64,000 bases of DNA from the human T2T-CHM13v2.0 reference genome, Homo sapiens: NCBI RefSeq assembly GCF_009914755.1, contig NC_060932.1. One strand, written 5' to 3'. Under the pieces are notes generated by a model that ran no database searches, was not told where the DNA came from, and worked only from the letters and a program-made list of their open reading frames with translations. Both the position numbers and the translations under genes were made by a program. Shown here piece by piece: positions 12,740 through 33,330 of this stretch; within the stretch, counting starts at the first letter, position 1, and the number at the start of each line of letters is the position of its first letter.

Positions 12740-14720
12740 TAATGGCTATTGATGGCCAGAAATGACAGAGGAAATTCCGCTCTTTCATTGGGGCTCTTAA
12801 ATTGAATGAGTAGGCTATGTCTTGTTTGAAAGGCAGTGGCCAAGTAGTGCCACCTAACCACCAGACACAAGGTAAATGTGACTATTCTACTGGGCATCAA
12901 AGTAGAAATCATAACAAAACAGAATAAACCACAAAAATATTTGGCATTTGCTAATGATAATGGTTTTTGTGCAATTGAAATAGATGGGCAGTCTACCGAA
13001 GCCTAACTTGATGTGATAATAGAAAAGTTCTAGATCTGAAGAAGGGGGCCCTCACTTAAATCATTACAAAAGGGTCCTGATCCCTCAGCCAACTCTCAGA
13101 CTTGATCCAATTCACAACACCAGAGCTCCTTTAAAAAGAGGTAAGGATATTGAGGGAAGACTTTGTACATTGCCAAAAATTTATACCATAAGTCAAATGT
13201 CACCAAACTTTGTCTGTATAGGAAAAGATAGTAAATATTTGAGGCATTGTGGGCAAGTACTCAATCCAGCCATTATAGCATTACAGCACCTGTAGACTCT
13301 GAGAATGACTATGTTCAACTAAAACGTTCTCAATTAAAAAAGAAAGTTACTGAGCCAAATTTGGCCCGCACACGAGGAACTTGAAGCCACACCATGGCAA
13401 CTATACACTGAGGAAGAGGAAATAGCCAGACTTTTAAATATTAATGGACCATATGCAAAATTAGCATTAATTCCTTGAAATCCAAAATAACACCATAGTA
13501 CAGTAGTCATCATAGTAACTCAGAGAGGCCAGGTGATTAATGGAATTTTTTCCCCGACTGATCTCAAAGTGGGTATAATATATTTCAACACATTCCATAG
13601 TTCCTTCCTAAGTTCTGAAATACATAGTTGAAATAATATATTCAGCAGCTAGCAGAAACACACATTGGACCCCAGACATGTGGAACAATATTTTAATAGC
13701 AAATGTAAGTGCATGCCATGAAAAGAGTTCCTACCTAATTAAACTGTAAGCCAAAAGTAATATGGAATTTCAGAGGAAAGTGTTACCACTGAGGCCCAGA
13801 AAGATAAAGCTGGGAGACTTCTACCACATCACCATTCAACTTGTCTGTTAGGCTTGGGCAGAAGACAGGAGTACCTCAGGAAAGGAAAATGGATTCACAT
13901 AAACTGAAACAAGGGGTCTCCAAACATAGCTGCTATTACAGATGTGATTTTGTGGTGACAGCAAATCAATATATGTCCTGGTACCTGTATGCCCCAATGA
14001 ACTGATAAATTTACCCTGTACTTCAGAGCAGTGGCCATCAGAAGCAGTTAGGTTCAAGGCAACATATGAAGCATTGCACCTTTGCTGTTCTGTCTCAGTT
14101 GTACTAAAACCTTTTCTAGCCCTGTCCTATCATCAGTGCTCAGGAACTGTGATTTTACTCTGTTCTACTGGACATCACACTAATCCACTACATGGATGTT
14201 TTCATACTGATGAAAGTAGTAAAATATCCTATACGTTTTTGTAAGTCACACGTGTGCCAGAAGTTAGGAAATAAACCTCGCCCAAATTCAGAGACAAACA
14301 TACACCACCTTGGTAAAAATCTTAGGGCATAGTGATCAGGATATATGAAGAAATGTCCCACAAGGAGGACAGTTGCTGTACCTGCTCCCTCCTTCATGAA
14401 AAGGTGTCATCCTTAATGGGCCACTTTGGATTTTGGAAACAACATACATCTCATTTGGGAATGCCATTCCAGTTTATTTAATCCAAAAGGCTGTATGTTT
14501 GGGGAAGAGAGGCTCTGTAAAGGCCCCGACTGCTGTTCATGTTCCTGTGTAACCCTGGGGTGTTTGTAGTATCTACAGGTACATAAGGATGCACTATGGA
14601 ATATTTTATAAGCCTTAGGGGTGAATCACAGTGCAGATCTTTTTGACTTTGGAGCAAAGCTGTGCCATAAACTGTAGGTCATTATTTTTCTTTAAAGGAG
14701 AAGATATTTTACTATATCCA
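12740..14720 (+). mobile_element. ERVL internal remnant (gag end, protease, RT)
   Basis: 'ggccaagtagtgccacctaaccaccagacacaagg', 'ggccaggtgattaatggaatttt', 'tttggattttggaaacaacatacatctcatttggga', 'ttttggagcaaagc'-type ERVL pol motifs; no open frame. Confidence 0.75.
13195..13375 (+). mobile_element. MER58-like hAT-Charlie MITE inserted in ERVL
   Basis: 'caaactttgtctgtataggaaaagatagtaaatatttgaggcattgtgggc...ccaaatttggcccgca'. Confidence 0.7.
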
Positions 14721-15504
14721 GGGCCTAGAACATAGCCTGAAACTGTTGGTACACAACACAAATTGGCTGAAAGAAGGCATGAACTGGAGTGAAAATGAGT
14801 TTTGTGTCTATAATTTAATAGGACTAGTAAATAGTACAGATATAAATTTAATAGAAAAAATTTTAAGCTAAAGAATGTATAGATTTTATGTTGCTATTAT
14901 CTTCACTTAGTGCTTTTTATAGACTTTAGAAACCCAAGGGAGTGCCAGCACAGTCCTCAAGAACATCTTGCTCGTAATGCGCTGTTCATGTAAATAGGCA
15001 TTGAGCAGTGCCTAATTCCACTTCTTTCCAATAATACCCATTAATTATTCTAGCAGAGAATTAAGCAAATATGTTAATGCAGGAAAAACAACATCGTTCA
15101 TTGAAATCAACTTTAAATTGATATTTATCTCATAACAGACACGACCAAAAGGCTTAATTCTCAAAAATGTCATGATTAATTTTCATTTTTTTATTATAAT
15201 GCCTTCTTTTTATTTCACCACTATTTTCAGTAACCTTTTACTTATTACAGTGTCTTTAAATAATTAGTCACAAGTATAAAATACTATCTCTCTAGTATTG
15301 ATTATGGATCATATGAAAGTCCTTTTTAACTCTTTTGATTAAACATCCTCATGGAAAACACTGTATATCATTAGCCTTTTGATATTTCTTTGTGTCATTG
15401 AAAAGCTTCTGGCATGGAATTGTGAGGGGCAACTGAATAAGAGTAAGCTGATGTTATTGCTCACTCTCTGGATTTATTATTTTTTCTTTCCAGCTGCCAG
15501 TATC

Positions 15505-20627
<5,123 letters not shown>

Positions 20628-22329
20628 TCTAGAGGCCAGTATCTTATGTACACTTCAACAACCGTATTAAGAACCATTTCTTTATATTTTACATGGTGAT
20701 TTAACTCATTTAAGATGTTTTCCTTTTTATAACTTTTTAAAAATATTATCTTAAGCTAAAAACATAATAGGACAGTGTGAGGCATAGTGGAGGGCACAAG
20801 AGTTAGAATCAGACAAACTGATTTTCCTGCTTGCTGTCCCCATGACTGCACAGAGTTTTCTCATTACAGTGTCATACAACCTTGACATTTATAGTACTCT
20901 TTTATCATTGATTACTATAAATATGAGGCAAGCTCACTTTTAAAAGGCACTGTGTATTCTTTGTGCTATATACATTTTGTGTTCCTAACACACAGCTGAA
21001 TTCTGTGGGTCCTAGTTACTAAATAAACTCCCATTTGTTGATTTTATTTTAAGCTCTTTTGAGCAAACAGAAATAATAGTATCCTGTGGTCAGAGTGAAA
21101 TAAGGAAAGGAATCTTCACAGCTTGTTCAAATGAGGACCAAAAAAATCACTGTAACAGAATTTATAATACAATTATGTCTTGTTATACCATACCTCTTTA
21201 TGTTGTGGATTCAGAAATTTTGATCTCCCAGAACTGTAAAGTTTAAATAACGTTCTATCCTAGGCTCTGAATGTAGCCTCCTAATATCTGCACTCTGCTG
21301 GGGCTTTCTGGCATTAGGCATAGTGTCCTGGTGGATGCATTAAAGTGCAAATTTTCATCAGAGTGGCTGTTAAGAAAGAGATAAAGAAAAGATGAAAGAA
21401 CCTTTGAAATAGGAAGTTTCCACTGCTCTTCCAAATAAGAGATTCTGCCACAATCCACCAATAAATTGAGTGCCTGCTATAGAAAGGAGTGAATCTTCAA
21501 GGAGCAGTATTGGCTAACCATTTGAAAACAGTTAATACAAAGACACAGCTTTTTCTCATAGGCTTAATGGTTATCAAAACCAAAGCAGTTAAATAATTTT
21601 TTCCATACCTATATTTAGTGACATTTATAATGCAAGCTCTGTAGACAAAAATAGGACTGATTTCTGCTTTCATTAAGTTCTCAGTAGAGTGAGGAGCACA
21701 GAAAGGAATAAAAAATAATAGAGACTGCATAGGGGCATAAATAAGGCATTTATAAGGTATGGTGGCAAGAGAAGTGGCCCAACTTGCTTGAGGATAGAGT
21801 AGAATAGAAACCATTTAAAATACCATATCAAAGGACAAACATAATATAATAGTACTTCGTACCAGATCTTGAAATTACATTCATGTGGTAATCTCTAGCT
21901 CTACTATGAATGGCTCTCACCATATGCTTTTTTCCTGAAATAAAAATAATTTTCAAATAATTAAAATATTGTCATTTATGATTATTTTTATTATTAATAG
22001 ACATATAATATGCTTATAAATAAAATATTCTGCTCTTGCAAAATCAATATTAATGATTCAAAACAAATAAAGATACTCCACTGATGCCAAAATCCTTTTA
22101 GGCTAAAGGATAAAATTTAGGCTAAAGAAGAAAGTAACTCACTATTCTAGATTGGAGACAAGTCAGTAAAATAGTATATCCTACTAAACTCACAGGGGAT
22201 TTCTCCAGAAGTTTTCAAAAGAGCTATTCTTGATCTTTCCCTCTGATCCAGTTTGTACTTTAGAATGCAATTTTGGACTTCAATCTAAAGACATCTCTTA
22301 AATCGCTGCTCTTCCCTGACCAGTAACAA

Positions 22330-23690
22330 TCCTTGGTAGACAAGCTTTGTTTATTTTCCTTCAGCAGCTTAAATATGTCATCTTGCTGCCTTCTGGCCTC
22401 CACGGTTTTTGAAATTTGCTATTAACCTAACTAAGGGTCCCTCATCTGTGATGAGTGACTTCTCATTGTTTCTTTCAAAGTTCTCTTTGTATTTTCATAT
22501 TTTTGCTACAATGTGTCTTGCTGTAGTTCTTGACTTTTTGCAACTTGGAGTTATTCAGTATCTTCAGATTATTACTTTTCGTATTTGGACATTTCCAAGT
22601 ATCAATAATTCAAATATACTTTGTTCTCTTTGTCTCTTCTCTCCTCCCAGTACTATGACTATTTGTGTATTAGTATACTTGCTGGTGTTCAACAGGTTCC
22701 CAAAGCACTGTTTTCTTTATCTTAATTCTTTTTTTCTTTCCGTTTCTCATACTTTTCCCATACTGATTTATCTTCAGGTACCCTGATTCTTATTCTTTCA
22801 CTTCCAATCTGCCTTTGATCCACTTAGCAGTTAACTTTAAAAGTTCCAGTAATTGTAGTTTTCAATTCCAGAGCTTCTAATTGGTTCTTTTATATTATTT
22901 TGATATCTTTATGAATATTCTCTGTTTGGTGATACATCATAGTCATTCTTTTCTTTATTTCTTTACACATGGTTTTATTTAGTTCTTTGAATTTATTTAT
23001 AATAACCGATTTAAATGTTTTATATAGTAAGTCCAATATTTGAACCTCCTCAGGGACAATTTATATTGGCTGCTTTTTTTCTTGTTTATTTACTATATTT
23101 CACTGTTTCCTTATGTGTCTCATAATTTTTGTTGTTGTTGTTGAAAACTGAAGAATTCAGATAACATAATGAGGCAACTCTAGAAATCAGATTCCCTCTT
23201 ACTCCCGGGGTCTGTTGTATGAGTTCCTTTGTTTTGTCTCATTGTTGTGGTTTTTGTTAATGTCTGTTTATTAAATGACTCCTGGACTAACTCTATTCTT
23301 TTATTGTTGGAATCTCTGCAACCACTATTCAGTTTGTTCAATGGTCAGCTATTAGTTGGCCAGAAATTAACTTAAAATTCTTTGAACTGTAATACTTCTT
23401 CTTGATAAGGGGTCTCATGTCAGTGTTGGGACACTCCTTCCACTCTTAGGCAGTTGAAAATTCTCTCTTAACCATTACTTATGGTTTGCTCAGGGCCTCA
23501 AGGTCAGTCAGAGCTGACAGACAGGATCCTGTCAAGTTGTTCCTGTGCATACACACGGCCTTGTCCTTTCCCTGGCCTATAATAGCTAGGAAGATGTCAA
23601 AACTTTTCAAAGCCCCCTGTGGGTATCTCACTCCCTGGATCTATTCACCTTTTCCATTATCTTTAGTTCTTTCACATGCTGTTTAAGCAA
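22330..23690 (-). mobile_element. Old L1M ORF1/5' region
   Basis: 'gcttaaatatgtcatcttgctgccttctggcctcca', 'ggcaactctagaaatcagattccc'; T-rich. Confidence 0.7.
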
Positions 23691-23924
23691 TCTTTGCCTC
23701 CTGTAATATTATTAAAATATCCTTTCCAGAACTTAAAGCATAATTTAAAAAATCTAAAAACTTTATCAGTTTTTCTTTCATATTCACGTTCATAATCAAC
23801 CTGTGACTGATTTTATGAATGAGGAAATGATGGTTATTTTTGTGCCAATAAGTAGCTGGCAGACACAGAACTAATTTTAAAAATTATCCTGTCCTCACTG
23901 TTCTGCAGGGCTACTTTTGCCAAA

Positions 23925-24050
23925 TATATATGTGTGTGCATATACATATGTATGTGTGTACACATACATAAATATACACATACATACATATGTGTGTACA
24001 CACACACATATATGTATACACACAAATACATATATAGATACACACACAAA
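23925..24050. repeat. Compound (TA/CA/TG/CATA)n microsatellite
   Basis: ~125 bp of nearly continuous purine-pyrimidine alternation. Confidence 0.9.
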
Positions 24051-24245
24051 TGTATGGTGATTTCTTCAGATGAATGGACTTGAATTTGATGGTGATTTAA
24101 TTTAATTTTTAAACTATTTTATAGAATATAAACACATTGATAATATAGACATGTTCAAACTATGAACTGGGAAAATTATTTATTTAGATTTCTTTAATCT
24201 ACATCAATAACATTTTGCAATTTGATATGTAGAGATTTTGAACAT

Positions 24246-24607
24246 TGCTATGGGCTGAATTTTGTTCCCCAAAGATAATATGTTGAAGTACTACCCGCCC
24301 CCCGCAGTTGACTGAATTTGAGATAAGTTTTCTAAGGAGGTGTTTAAGGTTGAAAGAAGTCATAAGAGTGGAATCCTTATCCAATAGAACTGGTATCCTT
24401 ATAAAAGAGGAAGGAACACTGGATGTCTCTCTTTCATGAGGACACAGTGAGAAGGTGGATGTCTGCAAGCCAGGACAAAAGCCCCCACCAGAAACCAAAC
24501 TGATTGGCATCTTGATATGAAAATCCTAACCTCCAGAATTGTGAAATTTCTCAGTTTTAGGTCACCCAGTCTACAAAGTTTTCTTATGGCAGCCTGAACT
24601 GAGACCA
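24246..24607 (+). mobile_element. MLT1A-like MaLR LTR
   Basis: 'tgctatgggctgaattttgttcccc...gaggacacagtgagaaggtgg...ttatggcagcctgaactgagac'. Confidence 0.8.
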
Positions 24608-24619
24608 AAAAAACTAATT

Positions 24620-25323
24620 GGTGTACCTGGCTAGTGCATCAACTCACTTTAAAGGTTTATCTCAAGTTTCTATGGGATTAATCACATACATGACTACGTT
24701 ATCTGCAAATAATTTCTTGCTTTCTAATGTTTAGACCATATATTTTTCTTTCTACTTTGTTTTGTTGGCTAGATCTCATAGTTTAGTGTATGACAGAAGC
24801 AGTGATAATGTGGATTTCTGTCACATGGGGGAAATTTAAAAATATTTAATCTTTAAATATAATATTTGCTGCAGATTTTTATGTTTCCTTTATGGGAAAA
24901 AAATAAATGTTTACAAATATTTATGTAATAAGCCGAGTTTGAATTTTACGAAGTATTTTCAGTCTGTTGACGTGATGCTATGATTGTTCCTTGTCTCAAA
25001 TGGGAACCCAACATAACATTATTGGAAGAGTCTAACATAGCTTTGATTTGTTATGTGTACATGATAGGTAAATAGATAGGTAGATAGATAGATACAGAGA
25101 TATAAAGATTCAGATACAGATAGAAATTGGTGTATTGTATGAAATAAATATTCATTTTTTTTTTTTTTTGAGACAGAGTCTCATTCTGTCGCCCAGGCTG
25201 GAGTGCAGTGGCAGAATCTCGGCTCACTGTAATCTCCACAACCCAGGTTCAAGCAATGCTCCTGCCTCACCCTCCTGAGTAGCTGGAATTACAGGCACCT
25301 GCCACCATGCCCGGCTAATTTTT

Positions 25324-25356
<33 letters not shown>

Positions 25357-26050
25357 GTAGAGACGGGGTCTTGACATGTTGGCCAGGCTGGTCTCGCACT
25401 CCTGACCTCAGGTGATCCACTGTCCTCGGCCTCCCAATGTGCTGGGATTACAGGCATGAGCCATCACACCCAGCCAAAATATTCGTTCCTTATGTTAATT
25501 TTCTTAACATTTTCTTTAAGATTTTTATATGTATTATCCTGAGACATATTGACCTATATTTTCTGTCACTTGTAATGTCCTTGCCAATATCAAGATTAAG
25601 CTGATCGTAAAAATATATGGAATGAAAAGTTTCACCTTTTTCCATTATCTGGAAGATTTATTATAAGATTGCTTGTTTTTTCTTTTTAAATATTTAAATG
25701 ATTTACCAATAAAGTCATCTGGGCATGACATTTTTGTTGTTTTGCTGTTGGAATGATTTAACGATGCTGAATTAGTTTAATAGATTTTGGACGTTGCATC
25801 TTTTAAAATTGATTATTACACCCTCTTTTATTAGTGATATTTGTTACAAATTTGTACGTTTAATCCAAATTTTAAAACTTATTAGCCTAAATTGTTCACA
25901 ATGTTATCTTCTTATTGTACAAATTTTATATTTTATGTACTGATGTTATTTTATTATAGACAGTGGTTTTATGAAACTCTTTTATCTTGACTACTTTGGT
26001 TAAGAAAAAATTTTATCATTTTATTATCATACTTACTAAAATAATCCAAA
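24620..26050 (-). mobile_element. L1ME-like ORF2 fragments around an Alu
   Basis: 'ttatctgcaaataat', 'ccaataaagtcatctgggcatg', 'atcctgagacatattgacctata'. Confidence 0.55.
25155..25475 (-). mobile_element. AluSx-like with expanded middle A-rich region
   Basis: Full dimer; 31-nt T run at 25325-25355 between the arms; TSD-like aaatattc on both sides. Confidence 0.93.
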
Positions 26051-27579
26051 CTAATTTATGGGGTACATCTTGATTTTTTTATTCATTGTCCATATAAGCC
26101 TTATTTTGAATTATAACTTTCATACTTTGTTTGGGGAAAAAAACAAAAAAATTGAATAAAATACTGCAAGCGATGTTACATTTTGAATGTTCTAATGATG
26201 ATGAAAGCATTATAAAACCAAAGACAGAAGCCATTGTACATCATCGTTTTTGAATTTGAGATACCTTTTTTTGTCAATATAAAGTTCAATTAAAAAAATA
26301 GATTAGACTGCTCTTGAAAATATCTGTAGACTATGTTAAAATAACAGAAGCAAAAGAACAAAAATGATGTATTGCAACTGAAGGATGAAGTAAAGGAGAC
26401 TCTTCAGAAGCATTTGACAGTCCTGTAGTTCTGGGTACTGACTCGATTCCTGCTACAAAAACAAATAGTAAAAAGAATAAAATTAAAATATCATAAAGAA
26501 ATTTCTAGGAACATAAATTTAACCCTGAAAGAATGAAATACAATCTATGAGACATAACCACCAAATATTATAATGATAAATACAATGGATGCTACATGTG
26601 CACAAATTTACATGTTATAAATTAAAGGAAAAGCCCATTATGTTATATAAACCTAACTTACACTAAAATCTCCAAATTTATTAATGATTCCACCAACATT
26701 TGCCAATATTAACATTGATTTTCTCATGTTTATCTGTAATTTGCAGTGCTGCTCAATAACATATCAGTATAATATTATGTCAATATTTAGCAAACATGGT
26801 ATGTAATAAGTAATGATCTAACATATCTCAGAAAGAGGAAGGCGAAATACAGAAGGAATAAAGATGATTCTGAGAAAATGATGGTTGCCTCTTTAAACTT
26901 GCCAGTAGTTTCTATGTACAGTAAATATTTCTCAAATAGGCCAAAGCAATCTTTCCAAGCTTTTGGATATTTATAAATATAATTAATATGGGGAAAATCT
27001 TATTAAGAAATATATGTGCTTCACTTACAGAAATCTGAGTAGAAATACAGAAGAACATTCAAGAAAAAAATATGTGAAAAAACAGAAACTTAAATTTGAG
27101 AGTTATTGACTGTTGCAATTTTAATCTCCTCTTCATACTTAATCATTATATTTGTAATATCTCTATGGCCAATAATCTTGATCACCTCCAACTCTAATAA
27201 AGCTTACAAGCTAGCCTTGAAAAGATCAAGCTAACCTCAAAAAAGTTTAACTCCTTGGTAATAAAAACCCAAAACTTTTTAAAGGAAGGAACTAATTACA
27301 AAATCACAACACAAAATACAAAAATCATGAAAACAATGATTCAAATATTTGACACCAGTCTAAAACTTTTTCTGAAATATATATTAATGTAACCCAAAGT
27401 TCTTATCTTGATTTCAAAATTCTTAAATTACCAATTCATGAGTGTCATTCATACCACTCTCCCCTGTCCCACGACACTGTAGAATACCTCGTTTCCTAGA
27501 ACTTCCACCACATCAAGTTTATTTCTGTTTTTAAATCTTTGACATTATGATTCCTTTGCCTAGAATATCCTCTATAAAA

Positions 27580-28100
27580 TTCTTTATTCATCTATAAATT
27601 AAATGTTTCTGAATCATTTCTATATCCCAGGAGCTATTCTAGAAGCTGGGGAGGCAACAGTGATTAAAAGAGGAAAGGGGACCCACCCTCAAGGAACCTA
27701 TGTCGTAGTTGATAGGAATGACAGTAAACAGGTTAAAATGTATATTAGAAGGTGAGAAATGCTTAAAAAAATAAGATAAGCAAAACAGGCAGTGTCCATT
27801 AGGTAGTCTGGGCTGTTATAAATGATAAATAAACAGGTTAGTTATGGCTATGATAAAGTGAGAAAGACTTGAAAAAAGTGATGGTGTTATACATGAGAAT
27901 ATCTTGGGAAAACAGACTTTTAGGTAACAGTAGATAGAAGGAAATGAGACAAGAATGTGTTTGATTTATTTAAAGAGCAGCAGTAAATTGAGTGTCTGAA
28001 GTAGGGAGAACAATGAAAAAGGAAAGATAATGAGATACAATTAGAAGTGTATTTATTACTTAAAACTAAATGGGAGCCTTTGGAGTTGGAGAAGTTATGT
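27580..28100 (-). mobile_element. L2a 3' end, continuing ~28830-29000
   Basis: 'ttattcatctataaattaaatgtttctgaatcatttctatatcccaggagctattctagaagctgggga'. Confidence 0.65.
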
Positions 28101-28109
28101 GTAAAAAAT

Positions 28110-28823
<714 letters not shown>

Positions 28824-29129
28824 AGAAGTGTTATGAATATAATTTCTGACTTAAAAGGAATATTCTGGCTGCTGAGTAGAGAAAACAGTCTATGAGAGGT
28901 AGACTAGAGGCTTTTCCAATAATACAACCAGGAATGTTTGTGATTTGTACTGCATTAGTAGTGATGAAGATGATTAAATATGTTTGGATGTTATTTCCTC
29001 TGAAATGCCTGAGATGTATAGAACAAAATAATATGAGGATGATTAAGAATGACAAAAGAGACAAAAATTTAAAAATTCTCAGAGTTCTCACAAGGTGGGA
29101 AGAGGTTCAAGCTATAAAAAGCTAGGATG

Positions 29130-32100
29130 GAGAGTGCTGATTAATCACCCAAGGTATTCAGTGGAAAACCCAAATGTGTCATATATAAATGGCAGGGCCA
29201 ACTATCACTACAATATACACTAACTCATACCAACTCTAACAAAGCTTAAAACAGCCTTGAATGGATCAAGTTGACTTGAAAGTAATTTGACACCTCAGTA
29301 CTAAAAACCCAACACTTTTTAAAGGATGAAACCAAAATTTGCACAATTATGTAACAAGGATGATTTCTAGCATTTAATCAAAACTGCTAGACATTCAAAA
29401 GGAGAAAATGTGACTCAAAACTCTGACCAAAAAAAATGGTCATAGGAACAAATAAATTACGAAAAGGGTCGACTTAGCAGAGGACTTTCACGAATCTGTT
29501 ACTAATGTGCCCAGTGCTCAAAGATTCAGAAAAAAAAAATAGAAATATCAAGAAGAGAAAATGGATGATATAATAAAGCAAAGAGGTACTTCTAGAGATT
29601 AAAAATAGTATCTGAGTTTAAGTTAATTAGGTGAGTCTTAGCAATGCAATAGACGGGGCAAAAATAAAAATTCAGTGAATGACAAGAGGTAACAATAAAA
29701 ACAAGTTGACCTAAATCACAGTGAAGAAAAAAAATCACTGAAAAAAAAAAAGAATGAACAGAGCCCCAGTGGATTGTGGAAATGTACAAAGGCTAACATA
29801 TGTGTAACTGGATTTTCAGGAAGTATAATAGAGTTCAGGTGAGGAAACATCCATAACAAATGTTTGAAAAGAGAATGGCTGAAAATATTCCAAATCTATG
29901 AAAACCAGAGGCTCAGAGAGCCAGAATTATTAACCAACCTGTACAAACTTAAACAAATAAAACCACAGAAAGCCACAGTATAATCAAATTGTTCAAAATA
30001 GCTATAGAGATAAAAAACCTTAAAGGTAGCTAGAAAAAGAAAATCATTTCAAAAAGCTATAATCAAGAATTTATAAAAATCTAAATGCATTTGCTTGCAT
30101 CTTCAAAATGCATGAAGAAAAAAAAATTGAATGAGTCAGACGCATTCACAAACATAGTTGGAGATTTTAACATTCCTTTCTCATTAATTGGTAGAACAAC
30201 TACACAGGAAAATCATAAGAAACTTGTCCTAATTAAGTTTTCTATTTAACACTCAATCAAGCAACAATATACACATGTCTATCCACACAGTGCATTTACC
30301 AAGATAGACTATACACTGAGCCATAAAACATTTTTAAATAGAAACAAATAACTGAAATTGTACTTGGTACATTCTCTTAAAACAAAGGTAATAAATTACA
30401 AAGCATTAACCAACAGATATTTGGAAAACCACCAAATATTTAAAAATTTAATAATATGTTTTTGTTGTTATATAATACATGGATAAAAGAAGAAATCACA
30501 AACAAAATTTGAAAATATTTTGAACTAAACAGAAATAAAAATTACAAGATATCAAATTATATGATGTAGTAAAACAATGACTATAGGGAAATTTAAATGT
30601 TTATATCCAAAAAGAGTAAAGGTCAAAAACCAACGATCCTAAGTTTCCACCTCAAAGTCTATATTTTTTAAAGAAATATAATTAAAGCAAGTATTAAAAA
30701 AACAGCAAAAATCGGTAAAAAAATTACAAAAATATAAAAGAATCCCACAATTATACCAAACGCTGTATGTATTTGCATGTGTGTATTTTTAAGAAATAAA
30801 ATGTATGTGCTTCTAGGTAGACTGCACAAATAATTACTAATATAAGGAATTAAGCAAAAAATAAAGAGATCCTATAAAAACTTAAAGATTAAGAAAAGAA
30901 TATAATTTTAAATAATAAAAACAACAGATTATTCCTCCAATTCAAAATATTCCGTATGAATATAAAATAAAAATCCTTAACCGAATTTTAACGACTTGAA
31001 TCCAGTGATATATTAAAAGGGTAAAACACTATGACCCTTTGGGGTTCACTTTGCAAATGGAAGTCGGGTTTAATGTTCAAGATTTCTGAATGTAATTTAC
31101 TATGTTAACAAATTTTTTTAAGTGAATAATAATTACAGGAAATGCATGCAAGTCATTTGGCAAAACTTCAACACCAATTCATGGTCAAACTCTGCCAACA
31201 AAAAATAGAAGAGAACTTTCTCAATCTGATAGAGAACATCTAAGGAAAATCTACAATAAACATGATACTTAATGGTAAAACAGTGCTAAATTGGGTGATA
31301 TGATTTGGATCTGTGTCCTGAACCAAATCTCATGTGGAATTCTAATCCCCATGGTTGGAGGTGGGGCCTGGTGGGAGGTGATTGATCATGGAGGCGATTG
31401 ATCATAAGGTATATTTCTCATGAAGGGTTTAGCAACATCCCCTTTGTACTTTTCTCATGATTATGAGTGAGTTCTTGGGCTACCTGGTTGTTTAAGTGTG
31501 CAGCACCTGCCACCCATTTTCTTGCTCCTGCTCCAGCCATGTGAAGTGTCTGTTCTTCCTTAGCCTTCCACCATGCTTATAAGTTTCCTGAGGCCTCCCC
31601 AGAAGCTAGCAGATGCCAGCATCATGCTTCTTGCTTCCTGTAAAGCCTGCAGAGCTGTGAGCCAATTAAACCTCTTGTGTTTATAAATTACCCAGTCTCA
31701 GTTTTTTTTGCTCATAGGAATGTGAGAATGGACTAATACAATGGGTATCAAGACAAAGGACATTATTCTTTTTATTTAGCAATTGTGCTGGATGGCATAG
31801 CCAATGCAATGAGACATTAAAAGAAATAAAAGTCATTCCCCCCCCAAAAAAACCTAAATAGATCTTTATTTATAGATAGTATTATGTATCTAGGATATAC
31901 TAGAAATTACACAAAAAATGGTTCTAGAACTAATAAATGAGAAAAGTCCTAACATATGAGGTTATTATGCAGAAAATAATTATATTTCTATAAAATAGCA
32001 ACAAAAATTAGAAACTGAAATTTTAAAAGTATCATTTGTAATAGAAGTCTAAAATATGAAAACTTGAATTTAATGAAGTAAGTAGAAAAATGTTCAATTT

Positions 32101-33330
32101 AAATCTTAAAAAGCACTTCTGAAAGAAACTTAAAATTACCTATATAAATGGGTAGATATTACATATTGAGATTGGAAATTCACTATTGTCAACGTATAAG
32201 TTTTCCCTAAATTGGTCTATAGATTCCATGTAATTCCAGTAAGAATTCCAGAAAGTACTTTTTGTAGAAATTAACATTCTGAGTGTAAATTTATATAAAT
32301 ATGCAAGACATAGAGAATTTGAATAATTTTGAAAGAGCACAGAAATTTTGGAGGACATACACTATTTTATTTCAAGACTTACTATAAAGCTACAACTGTC
32401 AAGACAGTTTGGTGTGGGAGTAAGTACACTGTTCAATGGGACCAAACAGAAAATCCAGCAATAATAATTGCGGATGTGGTTAAACACCTTTTTGATAAAA
32501 GTGCCAGGGGAATTATGAAAAGAATTTGTTTTCACAGATTGTCCTGGAACAACTGAATATCTATTTAGTAAGAAAAAGATCTGTAACATTTACCTGGCAC
32601 CATATCCAAAAGCCAAGCTTTAAAAATATACTATACTTAACTTTAAATAAAAGTTATAGAATTTTTAGAAAGAAAAGGTACAGAGAAAAATGCTTGAAAA
32701 CTTGTATAAGGCAAGCATTTTTTGGATAGCATGAATAATACTTAAAATATTAAAAGAACAGATACTTCACACAAACACATACATATTTATATATCATTTT
32801 ATATATTATATAAATGTGTATCATTTTATATATTAGACAAATTTTATTCTTTGGTGCTTACTGAGAAATAATAATTACAAAAAGTATGTCCATACAAAAT
32901 TCGTACATGTATTTTATTTTGTCTATTTTTATAAAGCAAAATGTTAAAAACAACTCACATATCTATCAAGGGGATAATAAATGACCAAATGTAATAAATC
33001 TGCAGACTGTAACACTACTCAGAAATAAAAAGAAATAAACTATGATAACCACAGTACATTGATTAAATCTCAAAAACATTATATAAGAAAAAATAACCAA
33101 CATAAAAATAATACACTTTACTATTGTGTTTATACAAAACTTTAGTAAAGACAAGTTTGTAATTGCAGATAGGTGATCAGTGACTTCCAGGAACTTTTCA
33201 CATGAAGGGAGAATATAGTCAAAAGAAGCATAATTAAACTGTATATGGGATAGAAATGGTTTAATATTTATGGTGGAATGCTTAGGTCTATATATTTATT
33301 AAACTTACTGACCTATACACTAAAACTGGA
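29130..33330 (+). mobile_element. Long degenerate L1M (5' region, ORF1, ORF2, 3' end)
   Basis: Ordered motifs 'gttggagattttaacattcc', 'ttcaacaccaattcatg', ORF 32329-32556 FKTYYKATTVKTVW, 3' 'tggggatagaaatgg'-like end; A-rich. Confidence 0.75.
31296..31740 (+). mobile_element. MSTA-like MaLR solo LTR
   Basis: TGATATG...GACTAATACA termini; 5-bp TSD ttggg/atggg with one mismatch. Confidence 0.88.
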
